Assembly (NCBI GenBank): GCA_036172245.1
Contig: JAYWIR010000001.1
Location: 6,200,001 to 6,264,000 of the forward strand
Source of the DNA: Raillietiella orientalis
Lineage: Eukaryota
DNA length: 64,000 nucleotides
Reading direction: 5' to 3'
The notes under the pieces were generated by a model that made no database searches, was not told where the DNA came from, and was given only the letters and a program-made list of their open reading frames with translations. Positions 1 through 15,219 of this stretch are shown in pieces. Position numbers and translations under genes: made by a program. The first letter of the stretch is position 1. Every line of letters starts with the position of its first letter.

Positions 1-1067
1 CACCTGACCCCGCTGCCTGCCAGGAAATGCTCTTTGCGAGCATTTTCCTGTGCTCTGCCACAGCAAAAGCTCGCCAAGAGACGATTCGGGGAACGCTGGT
101 TTCAAGACTGGACGGTGACCGGGTTGCTGCCATGCCGGGCCTTCCTAGGGAAGTCCGTTGTTCGCCCCGTCCGTGACGGAACCTCAAATCGTCCATTCAA
201 CTCTCCGAAGAAGTGAGGCAGCTGTTTTTGTTGGCATTCGACGGTTGCGCGGTTTCTCGGGCTGCAGTCACTCCTTTCGGGAGATGTTAGTGGCAGCTAC
301 TGAGGCCCAGCTACGTGAGATGTGAGAGATCACACATCGACTTCGCTCACTCAAGGGTAATAACGTTCCGACGTTCTTTCCTTGGGTGCTGATCTCCGGA
401 GAGCGCTTGCCGAGAACCTGATTTCACCTCCTCTCTATTCCGCCGAGTCGTCGGCAGATCACACTTCCAAAAAGCGACCGATGCACTCAAGACGCCGCCG
501 GTGTCTCTTTCCGTGATGGGGAGTCAGCAAGACCCTCGTATGAACACCTTCCGACTCGAGGAAGAAAGCGACGCACACGTTTCGACATGAATTTCACCCA
601 CGCAGCATCCGCAGAGCTGATGTACTGGAAATAGGCTGCGGGGTTTTGTCGGCCAACATCGATGTCACTTCGGCCGTGGCCTTTGACTTCAGAGAGTGCT
701 TGCTCGATCGCTGATTCCTGTAACATAGGAATCCTTTCCGCTGTCTTGTTGTGCTCACCCGAGCCTGCTTGGGGCCGTACTGGAAAGCATCCCGCCCTAC
801 TCGATCGACAATTCCAGAAAGGATGTCAGTTTGATTTATGCTTTCCTTGAACTCGGTTCCGGAATTCGGAAGGGAGTGACAGAGTCGGGGCAGCGGCAGG
901 TCCCCGTTGCTCTCTCCAGAAATTGCGCGTGTTAAAAATTCACGCGACCCGATCACGAATTTCGCACTTGCGCCACAGCACGTGCGCAGACTTTGCCTTC
1001 ACACAAGCAGACGTAACCAACGCAAAGTGGGAGAGCAGGTGCACCACCACATCCATTCATTTCTTAC

Positions 1068-4000
1068 CAGTTTAGAAAACTCTTCAGGTCTTCGGGGAAA
1101 GAAGAAGGTATTGCCGCTGAAATGCAATAGTCTGTGGACTCGAACAAAGACAGCATGACTAAACCAAATCGATAGATATCGTGCTTTTTGGCACTCTTGC
1201 CCAGGGCTGAATTATGGACAATATTCTTGTCTTCTCTTGCCGTATGATACACTTCGGAAAGGCGTTTCCCGATGCAGTAGTCAGCCACTTTTACGATACC
1301 TGAAAATGACATCCACACCGTAATGACCCAGCAAATGCTCTCGCACCGTCAGGGCGATCGTCTCGCTCAGCAACAAGTGACAAACAGCGCACCGCTACAA
1401 AGGGTCTCCACTTTTTGGAAATCTCTGATCTGAGTTGGGTGCCAAGTAAATTTTGGCGTTTCGGAATCGACCCTCTGATGCATGGAGAGACCGAACCAAA
1501 GACGCAACAAACAAGGGCGGGTATGGAAATGAAAGGGACTCGGTACACACGAGCACGTCTGGCGCATCCGCCTGTTTGGTGGCAGCTGTGCTATTCTCGC
1601 ACGGAAACCGTTCCCGGTAACAACAACCCAACTTTTTTCAAAACCACATGGATTGGAAGCCACCGCCGATCGCACTAGCCTTCCCGTTTCCCTAGTGCTC
1701 CACTTAGCCCATCAGAAAGTACAGATATTTCTGGGCAAGAAGAATGCAGCAGGCCGTGCAGTACGAACCGATGTTTCAGCTTTTCGCTCAAGATCAGATT
1801 CATCACCCATACCCACCACCATGCAGTCTCATCACGTGCAACTGACAAAGACTTCGGTGTGAGCATTTCAAACGAGTTTGGAACGCATGAATTTTTAAAT
1901 GCAAACGAAATTCAAATCTCGTTCCCCCGCACTGCAGAAAGACCAGTCATCACAGGTCGTTTGCAAACAGCATTCAACAGCCTAGTAGGAATGAGGGAGT
2001 ATCGGTTTTGGAAATTTGCGTTTCCGTAATCAGCGCAGAAGTCAAGCAGCAAACGAAGAGGACACAGCAACATTCCATGGTATCGCACGGAATCGCGGAG
2101 AAGACTGCTGTTACAGAACGAAAGCGAGTCACCAATAGACTTCAAAGGTTAATCCGATAATAAGCACATTTGGTCGAAAAGGCCGTTGGTCACTGCCGTA
2201 CGTTTCAGCATGGAAAATTTCATTTTCCTGTCGAGAGTCGGAGCATTTTTTTTTTTTCTCGTCTCGGGACACTGCTCGAGCCAGATCGACGGGGAAGGGT
2301 GCTCCGATTAGGAAACGAGAGTCCATTTCTGTGAACCAGAGCAGTACATCACAACACTGCTGCTGCGATTTGAACATCGCTGTCCGCGTCTGTGGTCTTA
2401 ATGACAGTGCGAAACACACTGAGGTTAGCAGACAAGGCAAAGTGAACGAAAAGAACACTTTCCACCTTCCGACAACCGTATGGGGCGACTCAAGAAGCAA
2501 ACATTCGCGTGCCCAAAGGAAAAAATCTCTGCAGATACTTTCCGCTTTCGCTATCTCTCAGAAAGAAGAGGCTCTGAACTCCTGCAGTGCAGAGATTCAA
2601 ATGAACGGTTCATACGATTCTGGTTCCGCAAGAATGGACTCAACAGCAGATGGAAAGGTGCTCACAACATGAGGCTTAGTGTCGAAAACACCACCGAAAG
2701 AGTTTTCTAATCAGTAGGATAGTTCTTGTTCTCACAGAGCGTTAGAGATTACTGAGCAACGTGCTCTAGTTACCCGGAAGCTGAATTTCCTTCTATTCCG
2801 AGCATTTCATTCGGACATTTGGAAAACAAAACTCACACGAGCATGCCTAAGCATGTACGACCGATTCAAATTCTAATGGCTATGCCACACTAAGGAGCAC
2901 TGTGCGAGCACTTGTTATGGAAACTGTTGGCAACGGTCATCTAAAATGGCGATCCGACTTCACGTTTCATTTTCAGGGTGCTTATAGGCAACTGGAAAAA
3001 ATTGGAAGAGCTTATGGAGCATTTGGAAGCTGGATAAGAAGGAATATCAAGATACTGACAAAATCACCTCACCAGCAACTAGAAATTACTTGCATCTACC
3101 ATTAGCATCGCTAATTATCCGACGGCTTTGCGGCCAGTTCTAGATATTTCCGGGGGAAAACAACTGACATTATTTGACACTTGGAAACCGTCTCATGAAA
3201 ATATTGTAGTCTGCATGTTGCTGCTTGTGCCTCAAAAAGACTCTAGACATAGTTTTGTACGTTATTGCAAACACAAACGTTCACAACGCCTATGGCACTT
3301 GCAAGCCGTAGTGTAACACAGTAGTAAACAAGATATCATGAGAAACGCACAGGATTACGTTGAAGTTAAAAGGCGACCAAATGAGTGCTTACAGAAATAT
3401 GCCTTCTGCTTACTTGTAGGTACCAAACATAAAAATAAGTCTCAGTTGAGACGCAAACTAAACTTCGTTAGAATAAACTTAACAGAGAGGACACCAGGAA
3501 AGCAAATATACTCTGATCATTCAGAATGGATTGTGTGTTGGTAAGCAGTGCACCACGACTTTTATCTGAAGTCGATTATGTTTTGTCAGCGTGTTTATGC
3601 TCGACGTAAAATTGCTCGCACCGTAAACCAAATTCTTATATTTCATTTCTCATCTGTTTAAGAGCGTGCTCAAAACATCGCTCAGTTTCTCCATTTTTCT
3701 AACTGTGCAATTTTTCAACGTTGGCATGAGCCTCAATTCCGGTCAACACTCAAAATATTTTCAATCTTTCAAATACAAGCATTTGCTTGGCTACAAGTAT
3801 GCTTTCAGACACATTCTACATGTAGATGCCCTCGGAATTGCGGTTCCGGCAGGAATTTCATTTTAGTTTAGAAATATTTCGGAGCGAAAATAAACTAAAA
3901 ACACGTTCATTACTTTACCTTCTTTATTTATAAATACGTTTGAGCAATGAAGATTTCTATGAACGATATCATGGTTATGCAAATATGTCAAGCCTTTTAA

Positions 4001-7000
4001 GATCCCTCTTGCATAATACTGCAACTCATTTAAGGAGGCAGGTACTTTGAGGTCCACGTGCCAGGATAACGATATTCCAAAAACATGTTCCTAGTAGAAG
4101 AAAAAAAACTGATGACTGAACAAGGCACAAGTGCAAGATGAGATCCGGAAGAAAAACGAAAAATATGAGAGATGAAGTGCAAAAAGTGCTCACAAAGTAA
4201 TCACTAAAGGGGTATGATTAACACATCAATAACATGCATTTAATTTTCATACATTTCCCCATGTGTACTGAATACATGTTTCCGAAAATTCATCCAGGAC
4301 ATAGTTTTAAAATTCTGTTCATAAAGAAACTGAATAGAAAACACAATTTCCACACCATGGTGGTTAAGGAAACATCATAGCAAAACTATAAAAGCAATTC
4401 TAGATGCTGGTGCAGCAATTAAGTTTCCAAGTAGAGAGAGAAGCATGATCAAAATCAAAAGTCTCAGCAAATTCACACGAACGTTTAAAATTTAATGAAA
4501 ATGGGCTCCGTTCGAATTAAAAATCTGGCAAGATGGTATTTGCATAAACTACGAGGTGGAAAACACATCATTGTAATAGGAGCAAAATAGATGATTTCCT
4601 TTTCAATACCTCTATTTAAGTGAACTATACAGCACAATCAAATTCTGCAAATCTGCAATTACCTGAATCTATTTTGTAATACTCCCAAGCATTCCGAAAT
4701 CTTAATCTATTAAAATGCAATGTATTTTAGAAACAGATGCACAAACAATTCTTGTAGCTTTAGGTTATAAGCTTTCAGAATTAACTTGGAGCCCATCATC
4801 TGCACCTCTGTATTCCAGGAGCATTCACTGATGCTCATGCATTTCGGCTGTCTGATCCAGGTGATCCATTATGCCCATTATCTATACAGTTTTGTATGGA
4901 AACCCAAAATTGCTTTCTATTCCCTAAAACTTTCATTGCCTGCATGTCTATTTCACTACAGTTCTCTGCCACACTGTTTATTGCCTACGTAAGTAGGTTC
5001 CCAACATCAATATTTTACAAGGAGAATAACTGTCAGATGTTAGAATACTTTCATATTGCACTGTTTGATTTTGCATTCAGGCAGAAATAATGAACTTGAA
5101 GAAAGCAACGTCTAGAAACATAACTACCATACCTTAACAATTACATTCTGTTTCTGTGTATTTTAAAATATAAATACAAAGCACAGTTGCCATGAAGAAT
5201 GAAGAATTTATGATTTCTTAATAAATACGTTTTCGCATTGAAAAATAATTCCGCCAAAACTATCAAGTTCATGCTAACATGAGAGAAGAAAAGATTTTTT
5301 TGCAAACTTTTGATTGATCTCTTGGGGTATTTTTCCTAGAGATCCTCTCACCAAGTCACTAGCTTGCACCAGTATTCAACAAGCACCTCAAATATCACCA
5401 GAAAAACAAACAGCAGAATAACTTTGTATATTTTAAAATGTATGATCCCAACACACGCATATTTTTATGCACAAATAGCAACGCTTCTCCTCCAAAAATA
5501 TTAACGCAAAAACTCTAAAACAAACAAACAAACAAAAACAGCACTAAAGTGTTTTCTAGCTCTATAAAAAAAACCTTGACTCTTTGCTTATGATGAATAT
5601 TTTGGAGAATACAATTACGAGTGCAGATAAACAAAATAACAAATTAAGCCTAGGATGCTTGCATTATAAAGTGTTAATTAAAAATTAAATAAACATTCCA
5701 AAGGCGAAATGCTAGTGAACATAATTCTGTTTGGCACAAATATAAGCCACATTGTTTTCTCCAAATTTGCCAATTCCAAAAATCGAGACAACGCTTATTC
5801 ACATATCTCTAGAAAAATTCGTCTACTTCTAGTGCCTATAGGTTAGACTGAAAAAACTTCTTGTTTTAATGCCTACACTACGTGGCATAAACTGAACTTA
5901 ATATTCAAATCAGATATCCAACACTTTAATTGAAAAAAAGCAAAACAAAACAAAAACTGAGCAACTTATTTTAATGAAAATGAATCAAGATTCAAAATTG
6001 AAGGCTGATATTCGATGGTACTATTGATTCATCTACCAAAGTGGCCATACACTGGGGTCAAGAATATCTGCTGGAAGCTACCATCAGATTATAGTGAAAC
6101 TATTTCACATACCTATGTTGCATTGATGGAAATCTGTTAAAAACAGTATCTGTTAAAAACAACTGCCTTTGCAATTGGATTGCAATTCTGTTTGACAGAT
6201 GCGGACTGCACATCAATCTCTATTGGTATTCACAACAATACTACCAGAAACAAGAAACAAGAAAAAAACTGATGAAATGGCATTATAGATGTTTCTGATG
6301 AGCATTTATTAGAGATTATTCTGATGAAAAGCCTGACACCACAAAATTGTGAATCACTGGAATGCTAACTGTGGTAATCCATGTCCTGAAATTGAGAAGC
6401 ACAATACCTAACGACAATCTGTCAAAGGGTCTTACTATATCAGGAAAAAGGTTGCAAGTAGACTTAGCTGTCTTTAGGTAATTACTGTACACAATCATAG
6501 TAGAATCGTGCTCTTTTGAACAAAAGGGAGATACTTTTCAATAACGTACTCCAGAAATCCAACAAGGTAAAATCAAAGAATGGTAACCTAGTGGTCATGT
6601 CTAAGTAGTTGACAGCGAACAGTCAATAAGTATTTTAAGGACAATCTTCAGAAGCATTATTCAGAATTATCCAGATCCAAACCCAATAACAGATGGAAAA
6701 TTAAACAGCTTTTATGTGGCTAGCTTTGCCAGTAGATTCAGAACTCTTTTACAAGAGACATCCACAAAATTCTTAATTAAAGAGTACTCAGAAAGTAATT
6801 AGTAAAGAAAGTAAAGATGGGTGAAAAGAGCACTGAGGACACAGATACTTGTAGAAATGATTACACACCAGAATGAAATTTTCTTATTCTTTTACACTCT
6901 AATGTATCTATGTAAGCAGCATATTAAAAAGTGATAAAGATTTTTATGCATAAATTTATTTTTTCTTATCTAAAGATCGAACTTGTTGGTTTACATTTGG

Positions 7001-10000
7001 GCACAATTGGATTAGATTCACTCCAATACAGGGCTTATTTTATGGGCTACTAATTGCAACTTGCTTAATGAGCCACTATATCCATTTATTACAATTGTGG
7101 TAGCTGGATAAGTGACAAAAAAAATTCCAAATTCAAAACATAGGAAACAAAAATTCCGATTTTAAAAATATTTAAGCATCAGAATGGTGGTACCTAATTC
7201 ATTAAGTAATAAACAAACATCATACATCTGCATATACAGGATACAATAACAAAATGTGCTTAAACTTATACTTACCTGTAAAACAAGAACTCTGAAATCC
7301 ATTTCACTGACCAAATGCCTAATTCCATAATAACATACCAAATTGGAATGATGAAGTTTTAATAATGCCTGCAATTCTCTTTCCACAATGGAAATCTACA
7401 TGGAACAATACTGTTAGTTTCTGATTTAAAAGGAAAATTGTACATCTTCCTTATGCTCCGTACCTGCTTTGAATAATATTTGATTTTCTCAGTATTACAG
7501 GAAGATGTCGTTTCTCTCAATGATGAGCTTAATGGTAATTCCCATTCGGAAATTACAAACATCTTTCCATTATGAAGGTTTACACCAGTACGTATGTTAG
7601 CTCCATCTTTACTATGAGCTAAAAAATGAGGTTTATTTGAAACCATTTTCCAATTTACAATATCAAATATCCCACATCTTCTCTACACAATGTGCAACAA
7701 GATCTCCTCGAATGAACCTTAAGTTCAGCAAAAAGAAGGAGCAACAATCAGACAAATTTATTGATGGATTATCTTTTTGAGAATAAACGAATATCAATGA
7801 CGAATATCACATATTTGCTCGATAGGTAATAGGAAAATAATAATAAATACAGTAAAATAATAACCAATCACGAATAAGACAAAAATCTTTAAGAAAAACG
7901 GCTATGACGCCAATTTAATTTGCAAGAACCAATGAAGGAAAGCAGCAAAATATAAAATGATTTGTTCCATCTAAATGTATTATTTTAAGGGGCAACCCTA
8001 ATAACAGAAATTAAATAAAGGACTTGAAGAGAACAAAGATATGAAAATCTAAATAATTCAGAATTTGATACGAAATTAATAGAATTGACTTTCAAGACAT
8101 CAAGATATGGAGTACAAGACAGTTTATTTCAAAGAAATCAAGGCATTCAAATTCAAGAGTAACATTCAATCAATTCATAGTCCAAGAATTACAGCAATGT
8201 CACTTGAAATTCTAGCAAGTTAAGTTTACCAATTAATTTATGTACTTAATAATTTCCGATGAAAAATTAAAAACAAAAACAAGGAAGACTGCATGCTTCC
8301 AAATCCTAAAAATACTCACCCATGCAAGGACCAACTTGTATTGCTTCTGATACTTTGTTCACAAATTCAACAGTGTAACACCTGTGACTGCATTTGAATT
8401 CTTTCTGCACCTCTTCTGATCTAAAAACGATCTTCCATGTTTACATATGAAGGGTATTGATCAAAGATAAATTTTTGCTATTCATGCTGTTTCTACAATC
8501 ATGATTTAATTTCTTCACCCTCTTTCACATAAGAAAAATTGAAATACATATACATGCATTCCGAGCATCTAGCAAGTTGATAAAAAAACAGAAAACAAAT
8601 ACATAAAATGGCAAAATAAATGAGAGTATGTTTATTTTTATATCCATATTTACATAGTTCATTATCCCTATTCTGTAATGCTGCTGAAAAAAAATAATAA
8701 CCCCTTAAAACTTCTTTTTAAGTAGGATACTGTTATCTACCTCGAATACATGTCTAGTAGTATGTTTTTCATATCAGAAAAAAATATACAAAAGCAAAAA
8801 AAACGGCAAAAAACAAAAAAATGAAATGCAAGTAGAACAATGGAATACTGACTCTCAACTCCCATAAAATGCAGCAAGTCTTCATCTTTTGAACTTACTG
8901 ATACTGATAAAGCAAATGAGTTTCTAAGCATCTCTATAGGAAAGAAACTAAGTGAATGGAAGCTAGACTAAACAGCTCAGTGTAACAAATAAGCTCCATC
9001 AAATCAGTAGTTTAGTATTAGCTACATGAATTTTGTATACTCATTCTTCCAAATACATAGGAACTCCAAAAGGAAAAAAGCTGATGGCCTTAAATCGCAT
9101 TTTTACTACTTTAACCCCAGAATGGATCTAGATTATTTTTCCCATCATACTCTTCACAAGCAGTTTTATACATTATAAACATACCGATTAAATCACTAAA
9201 CCATTGATCAAATATAAACGAAAACTTTCTATTCAAGCAACAATAAAAGTTCTGTATCAGAAACAGTTTTGTATTTAATGTACGGATAAGAAAAAGACGT
9301 AATTTTCAAGCTTTGAGGAACGAAAAACAAATTTCTGCTCAATGAACTACAGTATACTACAGTACATGCTAAAAGCAACAAAGTTAGCAAACACACACAC
9401 AAAATGAACTTTATGTGCATAATAAGTATTCTTACAGATATGCCATACAAGTATAAAGATCTACTTTACATGCTTTATGCTTTACATGTTACACTTGAGA
9501 TGGAAACAAAATTTCGTACCAAGAAGCGAGCTATTTTCTGCAAATCTAAAAGTTCGGAAAAGAACTTCCCAAATACGGAGATGATTTAGATTTTATGAAT
9601 GCTCTATTGATTTCATTATAAATCATAAACTGTTTATCAACAACTGATGGTGTAAAATAAATGTATTTCCTTGAAAGAACATTGCCAATTTTTTGAAAAA
9701 CGATTTTCTAAAGCAAAAATTCCGAAGAACTTACAGTAGCCATTGAACACACAATATGAATGAATGGACCAAACAAATAAAAAAATAATAATATATCTGT
9801 CTTACACTTACTGGACTAATTGTACTTCAGTTGGTTGTGCATCAGTTACACTGATTAAGCTCTTCTGTTCCAAAGACATATATTCATTCTCACATTTTGA
9901 CATTTGTCTCAAGGTTTGATGTTTTTTCTGAAGTTCTTCTTTAATTGTTAATCTCTGAGAGAAGGAAATTATTAACAAACAACAATTATGTGATAATCAA

Positions 10001-13000
10001 GTTATTGTATGAACAACAATTTATTAAAAACTTTAAAAATTAGCTAACTGAGCTAAGATCCATCAAGAAGTGAGCTAAGATCCACCTTTCTTTCCTCAAG
10101 AAGTTTCTCCTTCTGCTGAATTTCTTGGATTTCTTTGAAACGCTGCTCTTCATCATGTTGTTGATGTTTTATCATTTCATCATAAAATGATTTTCGAGGT
10201 GGCTTATTATGCTGATGTAGAAACTTCTGAAAGAGTTGATTACCCAACTAAGATCTGAGTGAGATTTCATTCATATTTTGAAACTTACAAAAACAGAATT
10301 TGAGTTTACAAACTACAAAATGAACAACCTACATGCCTCGTTATAACTCTGTTATCCACTATAACTCATATAGCGATTTTTTTGTCAAGAGGTTTAGAAT
10401 TCTCAAATAGAACTTTAAACTGTATAATCAATGTAATATAATATTCAACTTTATTTAGACTTTTGCATTTTAGATCGTATTTTATTTGGTAATCATTATT
10501 TATTCCTGCTATTTGACAATGAAGATGAATCTAGATGAACTACAAAAAAAAGCTATTATAGTTGTAACATTAATAACTTATCCATTCAAACATATAATAA
10601 AAAAATAATGTGGAATTATTTATTATTTAACTGAGAATAACAGGAATATGAGCTACCGTGTTTGTGCTCGTACCATTCAAAATATGTAACATTTTAAAAC
10701 GCGCATTTCAAGTGTATTTGCAGGGCTCTTGGCATGTGCAATAATCTATTTAATAGCTTGCAATTAGTATATGTGAAGAAACACAGTTTACAGATAGGAA
10801 TCACCATGTATCTATAAAGCCAAAGAGAAAATATACAAAAAGCTCAATAGAAAAGACAAGTACAATCTCAAAGAGCAAAGAGAGCAAAGAAAGAAAGTTT
10901 AGCCAATAGTACATTAATTGCTGAATACACTAGTTGTGTAACAAACAACTTCTGAAAACTGTCTACAGTTTAACACTGTTAGAAAAAACGTTGTATCAGT
11001 GACCTGATACAGTGTTCTCTGGATAACAATAATTTTTACATGTTTCTTTATAATAAATGATATAACTGATAACTAATGATAGGCTAACTTTCCAAAACAT
11101 CTTCAACAAAGCTGGAGATGCAACGAGTTTTGACAATGGTTCTAGGAGACCTGTAACTAATGTAGTTCTTGTTTGCAGCACAAATGTTTTATATGTAAAA
11201 ATGCAGATAATAACCTGTTGATCTATTGATTTATATATTACCTCTGCCATAAATAAAATAAAGATATTAGTTATTTTATTCATTGCAATATTCAACATCT
11301 TAAAAATAATTAGCAACTGTACTATTCAGTAATATTAATTAGTACTGTCATTTAAAACGCAGGCATAAGTGCTAACATAAACTGAAATGCTGACTTCCTG
11401 AAACCAAATGAATATGAAGATTAAAATTGCAAAATTTACCCTAGATATTATTAGGTGTAGCATTACAGATGATAATATTTAACGCAATAATGTAACCAAA
11501 TGAAAAATTAATTTACTGAAAACTGCACAGCATTAAACCATGATAAAAATCTTGCCAAAGATCAAAAAGCAATCAAATGATTAGAAATTCTAGAAGTTTC
11601 CTCAATACTATGTCTTAAAGGCAAAACTGCTTGAACATTAATCTTCTGAGATGTGGTTTATATTATTTTTTTTCACTTGACCCTCAATTTGTGGTTTAGA
11701 TTTAACATATTAAGATTTTAAAATTAGAACTGAAATATTCAAAAGTTGGCCATCAAAAAACCTGCCAAGTAAATAGTTTCACTAACATCAATACCCATCA
11801 GTACCTTTAAGTGTTGATATAATGAAGATAATACACTAAAAGAAAAAATATATCTTTAGTAAAAGTTTGAACCTGAACATGAAAAGCCAAGTCCAGTATC
11901 ATGACTTCATTTTTCTTTTCAAGTAGTTTGCTCAAATTTTCTAGTTCTCCAGAAAGACTACTTAGGAGATCACTTGACAAGTTTTTTGGATTCAAGATCT
12001 GGATTTTTGGTGCTCTGAAACACAAAATACAATTCCTCTATTTACTGTATTAAAGCTTAGTTTCTTCCATGCAAAAAACTGAATCCTGTTTTCAAACTCT
12101 TTGTATTTACGAATGAATTTTTGCATTTGTCAATTCTAATCAATTCGGATCAACAATTCTGATCACTTCCCTCACTTGAATTTATTTCATTTCCCTGTTT
12201 GGTCACATATTAATGGTCAAACACATGCTATCAACCAAATAAAAACAAAGTTTCGTCCATAATCTGAATTCGGGTCACAAGCAACAATAACTGAATAAAC
12301 CAATAACTTACAAACCTACGTATACATTCGTTGGAAACCAGTTAATATGAATAAAGTTCTGAAAATTCTGAAAGAGGTTCTTGTATAAAAGATGCAAAAC
12401 GGTTGTTGTAGCACGAAACTATCAAAGATTGGTGCTAATGCACTGTCTCAACAAGCTATTCATATTAGGCCATGATTTCTTGAATCATTTTCTTAACAAG
12501 CAATACACTGGCAATTATGGAGTGAGATAACCAAAACAGTAACTTCGGTTATCCCATTAAGAACAGATCTTTCTCGCGCATTTCTACAATACTCAGAATT
12601 GACTTCTTAATTTACTTCCGAGTCCAGTCAAACCCGCACGTACTTTGTTGCTTTTTTTAAGTTTTTCTTTCTTTTCTTTTTATATACTTGACAAGAAATT
12701 TGTCCGAGAAAAACAGCAACAGTCGTTAAGCAAAATTTCCTCATGAATGAGAACACAATCTCATAAAAATCCCCAAGCACCAGTAACAAGTGAAACAAAA
12801 TAGAAACTTTCGAATTCAGGCTTCCAATCAGTAAGTGACAAGAATGGAAATGGCTTGTCAACCACACTGTGAACCACTGAAGATAAAATCTTTCGATAAA
12901 CTTGCAAATATCTAAATTCTTACACTGATGAGAAAGTTTAAATATATTTCGATATTCTCCAGTTCTATTTGTGAAGCACGCACACATTTACAAACAGACT

Positions 13001-15219
13001 TTTCGCTGTGATTTTCAATGAATTTAATCCAATCAGCGCTTGCTTTTTAATATTTAGATCAAGAAATCTACAGTGTTTCACTATAATCATTCTGTACTTT
13101 TGTGGCGAGACTTGTATAAAGGACAAATAAATAGCTCTTGTCACAGAATGAAAACCAAAAATGAATAAAAATACATATCATGCTTTTATTGAGCATCCAA
13201 TCCAGTTACAAGGCACAGGAATTTTTAAGAATTCCATTCTGATTTATTGACACCACCTTGCATGATGATTTGAAAGCTGTTGGAATCACACTTCTCTCAA
13301 GAACTGCTGCTGTAAGCAACACTTGATACTTTGCCTTCTTGGCCACTAACATTAATAATCCAAACATTCCTTGATTGCAGAAATTCTTGAATGCAGACTA
13401 ATACAAATACCTTGCAATTACCCCACAGAATTTGCAAAAACTGTTAACCACTAAACAGCAGAGCCAAATATGAAGTATACTAAACAAGTGCATACACAAG
13501 CAAAAAAAATGGTTTGGAGAGTAAAAAAAAGAAAAAAAATCAGGAGGCAGAATTGCAGATTTAAAAAGCGATCTACCAAGACTCGTGAAATGATTAAACT
13601 TTTTTTTTCTACACCATATAAGGTTATTTTATTAATTGGAATCTGCCTTCCCAGAATGAGCTCCACTGATGAAGTTGAGGAGATAGGAGTTGGGATATCA
13701 TAAGGTGGGAAGTGATCATAAGTTTCTGGCAGGTTTCTTTTTTGGAAACAATTTTCATCATATATGGAACACTAAAACTAGTAATCTATCATTGTGCTTG
13801 AAAAAATAGAGCACAGGAAAAAATGGAACCTTCACATGAGCGATACCATAGGATTCAGTGGAACTTCTATGCATACATCCAAAATAACCAATACAGGACT
13901 GCTAAATCACTGCAACAGGAAATTGACATTTTGTGTGAGCTGATCAAAAAAAAAGTTATAAAACATTATCTAATACTGAAATTGACCAAGAAAGTGAATG
14001 TAAGAGTTTAATAATCACCTAAACATAAAAGAGGTACAAGGTTTTGCCAGGAAGAAACTGCAAGTGTATGTAAAACTGCAGGTTCTTTTTATAAAGCTTG
14101 GAGAAAAAAGAGGATCAGGAAATGTCATATAAAAAAAAAACAAATATGCAAAGCAAATAAACAGCAGGAATAAAATACTCCTCATCATTTACACGGTGAA
14201 GCTTAATATTATCAGAGCAAAAAAGGTTTTTATGGTGAATAACATCCATAACACTAAGGTGACCAAGGATAAGCTAAAAGCAAGAGCTAGGAAATATGGG
14301 AAATAAGCATTATTTCCATAAACTGATGGGGAAAATGAGATCAAGATGCCTCAAAAAACAGCAATGAAAGATAAATAAATCAAACGACTAAAATAAAAAC
14401 TCATTTTGAACAATAAATATGCATCTCACCAAATGAAGAATCTATGAAAGAATAGTAAATGATGCAAACAATGCTGTCCAGGATTGCCATACAAATGGAA
14501 GTAGCCATTTTAATTTAAAGTTTATATATCTTTAATCTTATAGTCATTATTGCTTACTATCAGTGTGTATCAGCAGAAGCAGCAGTAGATATTATGAAAA
14601 TTTCATTAATTACAGTATTATAAACATGAAAATAATAAAGGAGCATCAAGATGTTTTTCTCTCTTATAATTTTATGTTTATTTGGCATTCAAACCAGGCA
14701 AATGCAAAATAGATGATCACAAGCTCAAGTTCAAAAAATTCCATTTCAGATTCATACAAATGTTTAAGATTAAGATTGCATCAGGATTAAGATGATGTGA
14801 TATTGTATAACTATCTTAGCTTGTATATAATGAAACAAATGTAAGATCTTGTGTAGATTACGTAACCTCACTCCAATTAAAGTTTTTACCTATGAATTAA
14901 ACAAATTCAAAATTGTCTCACGTAGAACTGTGAATAACAGGAAACTGTTAATTTCCTTAAATAAGAGTTCAATAAAACTAATAATAGCAACTGATAGAAA
15001 CATAGTAATTCAAGTACAATTCAGAACTTTCACAACTTATTCTACTTACCGCAAAGGATAATGTTCTGAACACTCAACATATAAATCTAGCCATACAAAA
15101 ACTTCTTGATCATCATTACTGGTTTGTGGTTTGAGAGTGATTAGTAACTTGGAGGGCTGCCATATCAAATTCAAAGAATCTTTTTCTCTAAGATCCTTGA
15201 GGTCATCACAAAAAATGGC
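1068..15219 (-). CDS. EIF2AK4: eIF2-alpha kinase GCN2, 5' portion (RWD domain, charged linker, pseudokinase domain); partial, continues beyond window start; first coding exon not located
   Basis: GT-AG exons that splice in frame: 15219-15050 (AIFCDDLKDLRE...VWLDLYVECSEHYPL), 12014-11873 (APKIQILNPKNLS...EVMILDLAFHVQ), 10226-10086 (KFLHQHNKPPRKSFYDEM), 9954-9812, 8420-8320, 7618-7464, 7395-7276 (ERELQALLKLHHSNLVCYYG), 4090-3919 (LTYLHNHDIVHRNLHCSNVFI), 1299-1068 (VKVADYCIGKRL...DIYRFGLVMLSL). The RWD then degenerate kinase order and the 'HVQ.FL..HNKPP.KSF..EM' motif match GCN2. Confidence 0.92.

Noticed and set aside
2185-2250. RQENEIFHAETYGSD on -, resembling the GCN2/RWD N-terminus
   Set aside because: Short match in the wrong position (downstream intron) without convincing splice sites; probably chance.
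10049-10084. 14-bp direct repeat TGAGCTAAGATCCA next to a GCN2 splice donor (similar pairs near 6130 and 15480)
   Set aside because: Two copies only; ordinary local duplication rather than an array.
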